From positions 134,974,001-135,038,000 of the forward strand of contig OX597814.1 in assembly GCA_951406725.2 (NCBI GenBank): a stretch of 64,000 nucleotides of DNA. Direction: 5' to 3'. This document shows, piece by piece, positions 38,181 through 51,097 of this stretch. The position numbers and the translations under genes were made by a program. The stretch's first letter is position 1. Every line of letters begins with the position of its first letter. Below the pieces are notes generated by a model, which was given only the letters and a program-made list of their open reading frames with translations, was not told where the DNA came from and ran no database searches. Source of the DNA: Octopus vulgaris. Taxonomy: Eukaryota.

Positions 38181-38798
38181 CATATATATTCTCTCTTATT
38201 CTCTTTCTTGCTTCTCTCTTACTTTTTCACCCTCTCTTTCTCTCTTCTCTGTTACTCTCTTTCTCTCTTCTCTCCTCCTCTCTCACATACCCACCTTCCC
38301 CCCATAAGCCCATGCACCCCTACACATTCCTACTCCACCTTCATTTCCTCCCATCCCCCATCCTATCCCACACACCCTCTCCCACTTACCCCACCTCTAC
38401 CCCCACCCTCTGCCTACCCACAAACCCCAACTCTACCCCAACCCTCAGCCGAACCTACACCCCACCTGTGCTTTCCCCACTCTCGCTTCCCCCACCTCCC
38501 AACAACATCACACCACACCACACTACACCATACATTACACATCACATCACAACACACCACCCACACACCCATCCCCACATTTTCACACCTACACATACAT
38601 ACATGCACACATCCAGACCACCAGCCTTCTTTCACACGCACCTTATACACGCAAGCACCTTCCTGTTGGGGGGTCATCTTTAATTTGTTATCTCCCCTAC
38701 TTTCCCTCTCGTGTGTGACCCTTCTGTCCGAGTCAGACGCCATGATAGATCGTTAACCATTACACACATTTTTTTCTCTCCTTGTTTTTTCTGTGTCC

Positions 38799-38834
38799 CT
38801 TTCTGTAGAAGAGCGTAGGCTCGAAACGTAAAAG
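38799..38834 (+). ncRNA. Minimal hammerhead-like motif with variant core, at a probable Penelope-like 3' end
   Basis: CUUU-CUGUAGA-A-GAGC(GUAG)GCUC-GAAAC-GUA-AAAG. Core A6 is U. Preceded by a pyrimidine/CA-rich tract (~38190-38790). Confidence 0.45.
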
Positions 38835-38938
38835 ACTTTTTCTATTCCTCGGCATTATACTAATACATCTATTTGTTTTGTACACCACCTTTCTTCGTCT
38901 TTTGTTTTTTTCGTAAACTCTCCCTATATATATATATA

Positions 38939-39470
38939 CTAGCAGTATCGCCCGGCGTTGCTCGGGTTTGTAAGGGAAATAACTATATAAGCATTTTTAG
39001 TGAGTTATAGCAAAAAAATGCATTAAAAATGGAATAAAAAATGATGATAATTTTTTTTTTTAAATCGTTGACTCAGTGTCTTCAAGCCATGAAGTCGTTG
39101 TTCTAAAAGAACGCTGGTCTCCTTGACAATGCTTTACCACGTTGATTTCCTTACACTCCCTTCCCCACAGCTTCATGAGGGAGGGAAGAAGGGGGAGAAG
39201 CAACACAGGTGCAGGTGTGACCATGGACGCCAACTCCGCTGCCATCGACACACGAAAAAATATGCGTTAAAATGGAAAAAAATTATGTTAAATTATTTTT
39301 AAAATTGTAGACTCATCGTAGACACGCGCTAATACCCAGACGGGCTCGATATGAATCACGACTATAAGATACCCAAATTTGGTTAAACTGCACCGCAAAA
39401 TGTGGGAGTAGTTAGGAATCTAAGTCGTAGGAGACAGACACTCACACAACTACAGTTTTATATATATAGA
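38939..39470 (-). mobile_element. Non-autonomous Helitron-like element
   Basis: Minus strand 5' A|TCTATATATAT; 3' hairpin CCCGAGCAACGCCGGG followed by CGATACTGCTAG|T. No TSD; AT target. Confidence 0.82.
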
Positions 39471-39496
39471 TATATATATATATATATATATATATA

Positions 39497-40229
39497 CTAG
39501 CAGCTAAGCCTGGTTTCACCTGGTCGGTTTGGATGACGTAGCTGTAAAACCTGCTCAGTGTAAGCATTCAACTTGTTTGGGCACACTTATGTTAAAAAAA
39601 CAATTTTAGAATAAAAATTACTGACCAACAAATAAAAAAAAAGCAACCAAGATTCAACTAAATCAAAAAATAAATCCAAATACTAAGTGAACAAAGAAGA
39701 ACCATCCCACTTCCATTGCATGTACATGTACAACACACACAAACACACACACACACACACACACACACATTCACATAACCCCCCCTTTTACATACACACA
39801 CACATATATTCACACAGTTGAAACAGTGATTTATTTTTTCAGCATACAATTTTCATCATCCCACTATCAGGTATGACATTACCCATTTCTTCCTTATTCA
39901 TCTATCACCCCTTCCTTTCTCATTCATAAACACAGGAGTATTATTATAGTAGATTATCTTGGTAACCATGGGAGCTATGAAAAAATATGACATCACTCCT
40001 TCTTTCCTTATTCATCTATATCACCCCTTCCTTTCTCATTCATAAACACAGGAGTATTATTATAGTAGATTATCTCGGTAACCATGGGAGCCATGAAAAA
40101 ATACAAAGCCCAGCATCACCACCAGATCATTCTACACATCTGTATAATTTTTCGCACAATTCCACCAAGTCATTTGACCATAAATCCCAAGAAAGAAAGA
40201 ATTGCCCATGTCAAATTTATATGTATAGA
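39497..40229 (-). mobile_element. Non-autonomous Helitron-like element
   Basis: 5' A|TCTATACATATA at 40229, 3' ...CCAGGTGAAACCAGGCTTAGCTGCTAG|T. Internal ~100-bp tandem duplication (39887-39987 / 40001-40102). Confidence 0.75.
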
Positions 40230-40352
40230 TGAATAAATATATGTGTGCATGTATATATGTGTATATATATGTGTACATATTACATATATATATATACATA
40301 TATGTACACATATATACATGCATACATATATTCATACATATATATACATATA

Positions 40353-41756
40353 TCTCTATATCTATAAATGGCAAAATGTCTGTGTATCTGTGTGTCCTTT
40401 ATACAAATCCACAGTTTTTCATGTAAAAGGCTCGCATTTTCTATGGGCTTTCAAAACTGTCTGAGGGTGGTTGTGAAGATCTTTTCATTTCATATATATA
40501 TACACACCCCAGAAAGCCATTAAAAAAATCAATAAACAGACCCCTTATGCCCATAAGTTATGGGCATATCCATTCAAAATCGCTAAAACATAGAAATTTG
40601 TACGTGGTGCGTGCATACTGCTAGATATGCCAATAGACTGCCAGATGTTTTTTTATTGGATAGAGATAATTTTACCCTTGTCAGTTGAATGCATTTGTGC
40701 ATTTGCAGACAGTGTGTATGAGTCAGTGCATTTTTGTGTTTTGCAAAGACGTGTTATCATGTGTTTCGGCTTTCAAATGTGCACGCTTTTTTGATTTGAG
40801 AAATGCAGGGAATAATTAATGAGTTAGGATCTCCAAAGCTACATTCTTCAATGGTCCTTAATCCAATGCAGTTATCCTCCTCCGAAACAAACCCGTCGTG
40901 CACATCTTCACAGCCAATTTCCTCTACAGTGATGTAATTTAGAACGCTTAGGATGGGTTAGTGATAGATCGGGATTAGAAGCTGCTTATTAGAGGCTCCC
41001 AAGCCCCTTTCTGTAAGGTTAGTCTTGGTTTTAGTTGAAGGCTTAGTTTTGTTACAAATCTAACCTCCTCCATTTCAGTGGATCAGGAGCCCAATTAGCA
41101 TTCCGGTGAAAAGGCATACCTATTATTTATACCTTAGTTAACCTTGATGTCTTATGTGCTTCTATGCGTCATGGACTTATAACTATTCACTTACTGCGTT
41201 ACTTGCTTCAATGCGTCATACTCATAAAATCACTTTGAATGCTGTTTTTTGTGCTCTAATTGCTCTGCCTTTTAGCCAGAATCAGCACCATTGCTATTCA
41301 CTCATAGGATGAGGGGGTTAGAAGTGCTGGCATGTGCAAATTGATCACCTCTGCCAGTCAAACTCTCCACCCATGCGTTCCCGTCCCGACACTGATTGAG
41401 CAGAACTGGGTTGGGTGTGAAACCAAAACTCAACAAACGAGACTTATGTGTATTTTCAAAATCATGCTATTTTGCGACTAAATTCGAGTTTTTTGCTTTC
41501 TTCTGCCGCCTTTTTTGTCCGACTAATGGTATGTGCACAGTCTTGCTAATTTTCCATGATTACGTGAAAATCGAAGTCCATTGAATATTAATTACTCTCA
41601 TTATGAGCTTCAACTAGCTCATAAACAACAAAACTGGCCCGGGCTGAAATGTGATAAGAAACTTAGCTCTTGATTTAGTGAGAAATTTTTACTGCAATCC
41701 AGCAATGAACAACAAGCACTAGCACTAGACCCGGCAACGCTGGGTCATAATGCTAG
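40353..41756 (+). mobile_element. Non-autonomous Helitron-like element
   Basis: 5' A|TCTCTATATCTATAAATGGC; 3' hairpin GACCCGGCAACGCTGGGTC (41728-41746) then ATAATGCTAG|T. Confidence 0.8.
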
Positions 41757-41939
41757 TATACACATATATGTACATACTTATATACACATATAAATATATA
41801 TATTTCTATATATACATCTATACATCTACATCTATATATATATATATACATCTATACATATACATCTGTATATATAATCAATACAAATACATCTGTATAT
41901 ATACATATGTGCAGTTGTATACATATATATATATATGTA

Positions 41940-44900
41940 TAGGGAACTAGACTACTGGAATTCTGTGAAGCATGTAACCTTTTAATCTGCAACACTAAGT
42001 TCAGGAAGCCAGACTGCCACCTTATAACCTATCAGTCAGGGGACTCCGCAAGCCAAATAGACTTCATCCTCACCAGACAGCGGGATGCAGGGTTGCTCTT
42101 AAATACAAAGACCCTCCCGGGTGAAGAATGTACCCCCCAGCATAGGCTAGTCATTAGTGACTTTAGGCTTGAGGCCAGAAGGATACCAAGAAGCAGACCA
42201 ATCCAGAAAAGAAGGATTTGGAAGCTAAAGAACCCTTCACATGGTCAGAGATTTAGGGACATCCTCATCAAGAAATTTGATGAGAGGGAGGAGGAGCTAC
42301 AGACGTTGGACAAAGAAGGTAGCTGGAAATTCCTATGGGACAGCTTGCTGAGTACCACAGACCAAGTCTGTGGATGGTGCAAAGTCCCTTCCAGACCTAG
42401 AGTTACATGGTGGTGGAATAGTACAGTAGACAAAGCCATTAGAGCAAAGAAACAGGCCTGGAAAGCCTGAAGGGATGGGGGGGTAGTAGGGAACTATACC
42501 AGGTAGCCAAAAGGGAGGCTGGGCAGCAGGTATACATAGTCAAGGGTGAAGCAGAAAAGAAGTTTGCCAATATCCAGTGACGTGAGGACCAAAGAACTGA
42601 GGTATTTCGGATTGCAAGACAGTGTGTGAGAGAAAATAGTGATGTCACCGGAGAGAAATGTGTCCGCATGGATATTGGTGCTCTTGCTTTCAATGTTTCT
42701 GAAAAGAAAAAGGCTTGGAGAAGCCATTATGAGAGACTGCTGAATGTGGAGAATGAATGGGAGGAGGAGAGCCTGCCAAATGTTGACCCAATAGAGGGAC
42801 CAGCTATCCGAATAGACAGCTCCCTAGTAGTTAAGGCAATTAAGGGTATGAAACCAGGAAAAGTCCCCGGCCCATCAGGAATCACTGCTGAGATGCTTAA
42901 AATATCTGGTTGTGTGGGCTATGGCCTAGTCACCTGCATTGTAAACCAGGTAGTTCATAATCGAGTCATACCCAATGACTGCTACAAGGGTAAAGGTGAT
43001 GCTCTAGATAGAAATAACTACAGGGGTATTAAACTGTTGGATCAGGTGATGAAGGTCACAGAGAGGGTCATAGCCCATCTCATTAGGGAGAGAATTTGCT
43101 TAGATGAGATGCAGTTCGGTTTTGTGCCGGGTAGATGCACCACTGATGCCATATTCCTGGTTCGACAACTGCAGAAGAAATACCTAGCTAAAGATAAACC
43201 CCTCTACATAGCTTTCGTGGACTTGGAGAAAGCCTTTGACCTTTATCTGGTGGTCAATGCGGAAACTGGAGATTGACGAATGGTTAATAAGGGCTGTACA
43301 GGCCCTATACAGAGAGGCTGTCAGCAAGGTTAGGATTGGCAATGAGTATAGTGAAGAATTCTGGGTAGAAGTAGGGGTCCACCATGGTTCAGCCCTCAGT
43401 CCCCTTTTATTCATCATAGTCCTCCAGGCAATAACAGAGGAATTCAAAACAGGTTGCCCCTGGGAGCTCCTCTATGCTGATGACCTGGCCCTCATAGCAG
43501 AATCACTACCGGAACTAGAAAGGAAATTTCGGGTGTGGAAGCAAGGTGTAGAATCAAAGGGCCTTAGAGTAAATGTAGCAAAGACCAAAGTTATAGTAAG
43601 CAGAAAGGCGAACTCATCACACACCCGCTTGGGCAGGTGGCCTTGCTCGTTCTGTAGGAAAGGTGTAGGTAGAAACTTCATAAGATGTGCCCAGTGTAAG
43701 CTATGGACGCATAAGAGGTGCAGCAACATCAAAGGAAAATTAACTGATAAGACAGCTTTCATGTGCAGCAGATACACAGGGGCAATAGACACCACAGATA
43801 CTCAGAAAACAGATTCCATCACACTCCAGGGGGGAGAAACTAGAAGTAGTTGATAGTTTCCGCTACCTAGGCGACCAAGTTAGTAGTGGAGGTGGATGCT
43901 CAGAGAGTGTCACCACTAGAATACGAATAGCCTGGGCAAAGTTTAGAAAGCTCCTACCCCTACTGGTGACAAAGGGTCTCTCGCTCAGAGTGAAAGGTAG
44001 ATTGTATGATGCATTTGTGCAAACCGCCATGCTTCACGGCAGTGAAACATGGGCTGTGACTGCAGAGGACATGCGTAGACTTGAAAGAAATGAAGCTAGC
44101 ATGATCCGCTGGATGTGTAATGTCAGTGTGCACACACGACAGAGTGTAAGCACCCTGAGAGAAATGCTGGACATAAGAAGCATCAGATGTGGTGTGCAAG
44201 AGAGACGCTTGCGATGGTATGGTCATGTACTGCAGGATGGATGAGGAGAGATGTGTGAAGAAGTGCCACTCCCAAACAGTTGAAGGTATCAGGGGGAGAG
44301 GTAGACTCAGGAAGACATGGGACGAGGTAGTCAAGCATGACCTCCGAGCGTTGGGCCTCACAGTGGCAATGACGAAGGACCGAGATCTCTGGAGATATGC
44401 TGTGATTGCAAAGACCAGGGCTGCTTCCTGCACCAGTTTCGCATAGCCCCAGCTCATTCAAAGTACCTTGGATTGCAGAACGACCTGCTGTGCTTACCTT
44501 GGATCGTAGAGTGAAATGGAAATTGTAGTTACGATGCCTGTGCCGGCGGCACATAAAAAGCACCATCCAAACGTGGCCGATGCCAGCATTGCCTTGATTG
44601 GCTTCTGTGCCAGTGGCACATGACCTGCTGTGCTTGAGGAGACCTATTGAGTCAAGTACATCAACATCGAAATAAATATCAAATGGAAATAGTAGTTGTG
44701 ATACCTGTGCCAGTGGCACGTAAAAAGCACCATCCAAACGTGGCCGATGCCAGCGCCGCCTTGACTGGCTTCTGTGCTGGTGACACGTAAAAAGCACCAA
44801 CCGATTGTGACCGCTGCCAGCCTCCCCTGGCACGTAAAAAGCACCCACTACATTCATGAAGTGGTTGGTGTTAGGAAGGGCATCCAGCTGCAGAAATACT

Positions 44901-45014
44901 GCCAGATCAGACTGGAGCCTGGTGCAGCCTCCTGGCTTCCCAGACACCGGTCGAACCATCCGACCCATGCTAGCACAGAAAACGGACGTTAAACGATGAT
45001 GATGATGATGATGA
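41940..45014 (+). mobile_element. RTE-type LINE, 5'-truncated within the APE endonuclease; decayed ORF plus 3' UTR and (GAT)n tail
   Basis: TYQSG..SQIDFIL and QHRLVI (APE); NYRGIKLL, QFGFVPGRCTTDAIF, FVDLEKAFD, GSALSPLLF, LLYADDL, FRYLGD (RT); RRLRWYGHV. Several stops and frameshifts. Confidence 0.95.
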
Positions 45015-45199
45015 TAAATATATATATATACATAATATATATTATATATATGTATGCATGTATATATGTATGTATGCCCATATATATGTGAGATAATAGT
45101 TTCAGTATTAATAGTAAAAATATTAAAGTGAAAGTATCTGACATTACAATAGAGAGATGTTATTGTTTCACTTTTGACATGTAATACTGAAATAGTGGA

Positions 45200-45609
45200 A
45201 GATATAAGAAATTGCTCTAGGCTCACATTAGGCAAGAAGTTGGAAATTTTTTTGTCCATAACACTACCTGGATCCTAAGTAAGGCATGAGTAGAATTTGA
45301 ATGAAATCGGTTGTGTAGTTCTTGAGTTTTAGAAATTCACACAGACAGACAGACACACATTCTCATCTTTATATATATAGAGCAGTGCTTTTCAAACTTT
45401 TTGCTGGAGCGGAACCCCAAGGAAACATTCCACTGGCTTGAGGAACCCCTGTGCAATAATTTAATAGTTTTATGCACACATATCTGCACAGGAGACTTAA
45501 AATTACTGCCGATTTTAGCAATTTTGTAACTTCTTGCGGAACCCATGGACTGTACTGGCGGAACCCTAAGGTTCCGTGGAACCCTGGTTGAAAACCACTG
45601 ATATAGAGA
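45200..45609 (-). mobile_element. Helitron-like 5' end interrupted by a hAT MITE (left boundary approximate)
   Basis: AATTTGAATGAAATCGGTTGTGTAGTT...ACAGACAGACAGACACACATTCTCATCTTTATATATATAGAG[MITE]AT; same terminal architecture as 37490-37576 and 39380-39470. Confidence 0.55.
45383..45600. mobile_element. hAT (Charlie/Buster-like) MITE, 218 bp
   Basis: TIRs CAGTGCTTTTCAA / TTGAAAACCACTG; perfect 8-bp TSD ATATAGAG (45375-45382 / 45601-45608) with central TA; repeated GGAACCC motifs. Confidence 0.93.
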
Positions 45610-46047
45610 TTAACTGGTGAATATGAAACTTCTTTTTTTTCATTAACATATGGAAACAACTTCTTGGGATTACAAAAATATGTGAGTTGTACCAGTAAGT
45701 TCTTCAGTAGATACCAACAGTGTAATGCCAATTTGCAAAATACAGTAATTAGTAGATTTCCAAAAATTCAATAATTATGAGGATTTCTATAATTTTTAAC
45801 AATAGTGAATATGATTTAGGTGATATATTTTGTCCATCTGGAAAGGCAATTTAAAAAGAAAATAGAGATATCAAGTTTACTATAATTTCTAATGGAGCAG
45901 TCAAAATAAAAGATAGAAATTAGGATACATTCCATATTTTGAGGGGTTTGACATTTTAAATTGATGAAATTAAAATATTTTCCATTATAAAAGTTAGGTT
46001 GTGTATGTCTAGTGAGTGGGGGGAATTTGGAACAATCTGAAATTAAA

Positions 46048-46051
<4 letters not shown>

Positions 46052-46118
<67 letters not shown>
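46052..46118. repeat. (TA)n microsatellite
   Basis: Direct reading. Confidence 0.98.
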
Positions 46119-46121
<3 letters not shown>

Positions 46122-47084
46122 CACATATATAGGTATGCATAGATAGATACATTCAAACATAGTTGTTTGACAACTATGTGGTGTGACAATCATATCTGAA
46201 TTGTATTTCAATTGATTTTTGCTTGGAATTTATCAGAGCATAAGAAACAAGGCCATTAGATGAAATTTTAAACTTTAAACGGACAGATTATTTCAGCACA
46301 TCAAAAAGAAACATGTAGTTTAATTGAAAATAAGTCAAGTTAGTGTTGATATTTCTAATGCAAGGAACATTAAAAAATTAATTAGAAATAAGTATTCAAT
46401 AAGGAAAACCAGTATTTGTTAATTATAAACATATTTTTCATTTTTCTGGTAATCACAGTAATTCTATACATATTTCTTTCTAATTCAGACCTTATCAATG
46501 AAGCATAGCCTTCAATGTATTTTCTAAAGTATGAATGATGAACTCATTTAGTAAATATATCAGATTATACTTTTGTTGGTGTGAGAAAATAGATGTAGAA
46601 TAATGTACATTTATTTGACGACTCTTTCATCACTATTTTAGTCAACAAATTATATTGTTCTAATTTTTCCTGCAAGAAAAGGAGACTTAGCCTTTATTGT
46701 ATTTGCTGAAAGAATTGTCATAGACTAATATTGATTTTATCGCTTTATTTAATTATTTCTAGCGAGCTTTTTAATGCTTTCTGCTTTAAATGTTAACACT
46801 AACTCAACTATTGTATTTCATATAGAAAGTATCGCTAACTTATTTATTCTCTGAGCATTTTTTCCTATGCAACTTACTGTACATTCTTGTACATTAATTT
46901 TGTAATTTTGTTGCCACTACTTTGTCAGGTATGGTGAACACTTTGCTTTGCTGCTGAGGTCAGAATAAGATTCAAATATGCTTGGAATTGTCTCATGCTT
47001 GCTAGAAATTATGGAAGTGAATGTGCCTCCCAAGTCAGTGAACAAATTTACAATTTGACACTAATTAATATAGAGTCATTTCTT

Positions 47085-47290
47085 ATCATCTTTTAACATC
47101 CATTTTCCATGCTGGCAAGGGTAAGATGGTTTGACTGGAACTGGAGAGTCGAAACTACACCAAGCTCTGTGGTCTGTTTTAGCATGGTTTCTATGGTTGG
47201 ATGCTCTTCCTAATGCCAACCAGTTTACAGATTGTACTTGGTGCTTTGTATGTGGTACCAGCACTGGTAAGGTCACCATGTAACTTGCAG
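47085..47290 (-). mobile_element. Diverged RTE-LINE 3' tail copy
   Basis: TTTAACATCCATTTTCCATGCTGGCA...GGTTGGATGCTCTTCCTAATGCCAACCA. Confidence 0.7.
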
Positions 47291-48699
47291 GACAAGACCC
47301 CTCAACTGGGAGGAGTAGTTTTGAAGGATAGAATCATATCTTGCACTAGAGAGAGACATGGCTTTGTCAGATGGAGAAAGGAGGGGGAAGAGAGAAAGAT
47401 GAAGCTGTGACAGAGAGGGGCAGGGACAGTACATCCAAGTTACAGGGTAGTGTATATAGTGAAGGGGGCTGGGGATTGGAGAGAATGGGTAGGTGGATGA
47501 GTTCACAAGATTTTGAGAGGAGAGTGGGAGCTAGAGGGGGGAAGGGGTAGAATTTAACAGGGGCATACTGTGCAGGTGTGTGGATGGATATGTGAGGTAG
47601 AATGGAGGAAAGTGGAGGAAACAACAGTGGTGAGCATGGGTGGGTTGTGGGTGGTGGGTGGGTGGAAGGGGGTTATGGACACAGATTTTTCTTTGCTGGG
47701 CAGGTTTTCTACTGTGACTGGCTGAAAATGTATAATCTTTGTGGAGTGTTTGAAGTGACTATAAAAATTCAAGAAATTCATCTGGTTGTTATCATTTGGA
47801 TGTTTAACATATAGTTCACTGAAAATGTTGACAGTAGATTCAAGAATTTGATAACCTTTGATATCTTCTTAAATTGTAGCAAAATTATGATTTCCAAATA
47901 TGTGGTATTTATATGGTGGATTTGTTGCACAGAAACTATGTAACCAGTGCTTCCATTCTTTAAATCAGCAGGAATATTTGGACAGTTTCACATCATATAG
48001 GGCAAATCAGTTTCTCCATGAAATAAATTGAAATAAAGAATACCAATTGAAAAGGCTTTATTTCATTCAAATGATAAATAAGAAATGTAGTAATATACTA
48101 ACTACAGCTAAGTATGTTTAAGAAGAATGGTATATGTAATATATGACACAACAATTAGATATGGCAAATTATCATACATGCGTTATCTTATTAGTTCAGT
48201 GATGATGAGGAGGTGGAGGAAAGGGAGGAGCATGAGATGATAAAATAACTGTTTGAACCACAATATAGATTTAATTATATAGTTATTAATGCTTATCCAT
48301 ATATAACAGATTCTACATACTTCCTCATAAGTACTTATCAAGCACTTCAATGTCTATACATATAATACTCCCTTTAATGTGTGTGTGTGTGTGTATTATT
48401 GAAAATAAGACTGTTCTATTTTTTTCCCCTTTTTGTTCCGGTTTGATTATTCATATTCATGTGGGAGTATTGTGTCTGATTTTATTCATTATCATTGGAG
48501 TTTAAGTTTTCTTAATGCTGTCAACAGGTTTCTTTTACCAGTTAAGAAGTAGTTGAATTTGTGCATCATTCATGTAACTGGGATTGCTTTGTGCATATAG
48601 AGCTTTTGTATTGTATGTGCATATTTAGCTCTATGATGACGTTCATACAAATTCAAATATAACAGTATTCCCATGACTTTTGTCTATAAAATAAGTGTG

Positions 48700-50532
48700 G
48701 TTACCTTAACTTTCATTAACTTCATTCCACTCAGAATATTAGGAGAGGAACTCAGAATTCCAAGCGAAAAACTTCACTAGTGAAAATATTTTAAGCCTAA
48801 ATAAACCAGATTTTGCTTTTAACCCACAAGCTGTATACAGATAAATGACAGGAAAAATATTATTGTAAAAAATATTATCCCACGAAAGAGTCCTTTTCAA
48901 GATGATATTTTTACCAGAAAGATCTAAAATTCTTTTGATCTATGATCTGGAACAAAAGTAAGGGTTTTAATCAAGATGCAGTATGACTAAACATAATAAT
49001 TTGAGAATATTACACCCACACCAAGAGTGAAACTTATACTAACAATATTAAAACTTCACCAATGCTGTGGAAAAGCTACATAATGGGAAGACACCAGAGA
49101 CTACTGGTACTTAATGTAGACTTTTTATAGAAAACCACTTATACAAACATTTCAAAAAACTATGGATCATCAGATAGACATACAGAACTAGCTAACATTT
49201 GTATGAGCAAACCTTATGACTAAGAACAAAAACAAAGCTTTGGCAGAGAACTATAGACTCATAGTCTACCTTAACATTATGTACAAATTGTACACAAGCT
49301 GCATGAGCTAACTCTTCCAAGATGATTGTGAGCCTAATGAGTCACTGATGCACTTGGTGGACTTGGTTATGTTAGTATATATCTAAGAAACAATCAGGAG
49401 ACAAGCTAGGCTTTTCAAGCAAAGAAAAAAACTAGCTAGCATAACTTTATAGATACAATTGGTAACTGAAACAGAAAAAATATGCAAGACTTTCTTAAAG
49501 ATTAATATATAACAATTATCATTGTTGTTATCCAGTTCCAATACTGGAGCTTTTTGTTTCTTTGTTAGAAAAAGACTTGTACCTTCCAAAAAGAATATTA
49601 ATAAATAAAAAAACATACATGCTTACATGCATGCATACATACATACATACATACATACATACATACATACATACCTGGTGCACGAAAGGGACAGAAGTGC
49701 AGAAAGAACACCAAAATCTAATAACTGATGCAGACTTTATGGATTTGTCCAAAAATGTCATTGTAGTATAATCTACTGATGAGACATGTTGTAGTCATGT
49801 CACTGTATAAAGAAATATGTAAGAAGGATAATTCTGTGACCAAAGAAGTAAGAACACACAGTATGGTAGAGGTCATAGCCACTCATAATATGAAAAAATA
49901 CTAGTGGAATGTCCCAGTAAAAATCTCAATAAATGTAAATATAACAGACCTGACATAGTGATTTGGGACAAAGAAGAGAAACTGTGTACAGTAGTGGAAA
50001 TCAGCTGCCCAGCGAATGTTAACATAACGCTAAAGATCAACAAAAAAGAAAACACTTACACTGAATTATCGAGAAATTTATAGGTACTCTACTCAGATTA
50101 CAACTCAGGTCTATATTCTGGGTAGAGTTGTTGCAGGTTTCAAAGTAGTATTAGGGCACTGGGATATATAATGCATTGTCTAAGTATCAATCTTGAGAAA
50201 TTAGGCTTCTCAAAACCAGAAAGGAGAAAACTGATTCAAAGATTACAGATTCTAGCTATCAATGGAACTGTAAAAATTTGTAAAACTTTCCACAAGTTTA
50301 TCATTAAAGTATATACGTGCATGTCTAGACATGTGGCTATATGCATGAGAACACATACATAAAAAAAACATACAAATTTGCACATGCACTGACTCCAAAT
50401 ACAGCACATATACACACATATATGCACAAATACCCTGTTGATGTTGGTGAAATTCCAATGAAGGAGCCTTGGATCTAGGTTTGAAACCAGTTCTTTCTCT
50501 ATTGGCAAGAAATCTCGAAATAAAACTGAATA
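48700..50532 (+). mobile_element. Decayed RLE-type (R4/NeSL-like) non-LTR retrotransposon, 3' part
   Basis: CKYNRPDIVIWDKEEKLCTVVEISCPANVN (PD..D/ExK restriction-like endonuclease) near 49930-50030, then GALG..HCL..NLEKLG...LQILAINGTVKICKTF, and a 3' UTR ending AATAAAACTGAATAA. Left boundary approximate. Confidence 0.75.
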
Positions 50533-51097
50533 ATATCATACATATATAGAAACATATATAACATATATACATACAAACATGAGTACATGCATACATACAT
50601 TACATACATACATACATACATACATATGTACATACATGCAGATATATATACTTGCTCACACAAGTATACATATACACATGCATACACAAACATTCACACA
50701 TGTATATACATGCACACACACATGCACATACACACACATGCACTTACACACACACACACAGGCCAATACCACCCACCCACTAGACATTATAACAAATTTT
50801 ATTGATGGAATAAATAAATAAATAAATGTAATCTATCCTGCGTTAGGGACATTTTCAGTTTTTTCTCTCATTACAATGCAGGACTACTAAAAGGCAGCTT
50901 TTACGAAGAAACGTTTTAAAAGGAGTGCCTTTCTCAAAACAGCAAACCCCAAAAGATGAATGTATAGTTCACCCCACCGGAGACTATAACTGTAAAAGAT
51001 GAACTTAACTGGAAGTATTCTTGTCATTAATAGATAAGCATCATAACTAAGATTGTGAATTAGCAGAATTTTTATGGTGTTGGAAAAATTACCTTGA

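Noticed and set aside
38049-38756. 235-aa Pro/His/Thr-rich ORF
   Set aside because: Low-complexity C/A/T-rich repeat tract with parallel open frames; no splice or domain evidence.
44183-45259. 358-aa minus-strand ORF with a poly-His run
   Set aside because: Antisense read through the LINE tail, its (GAT)n and microsatellite; the same peptide fragments recur at every tail copy.
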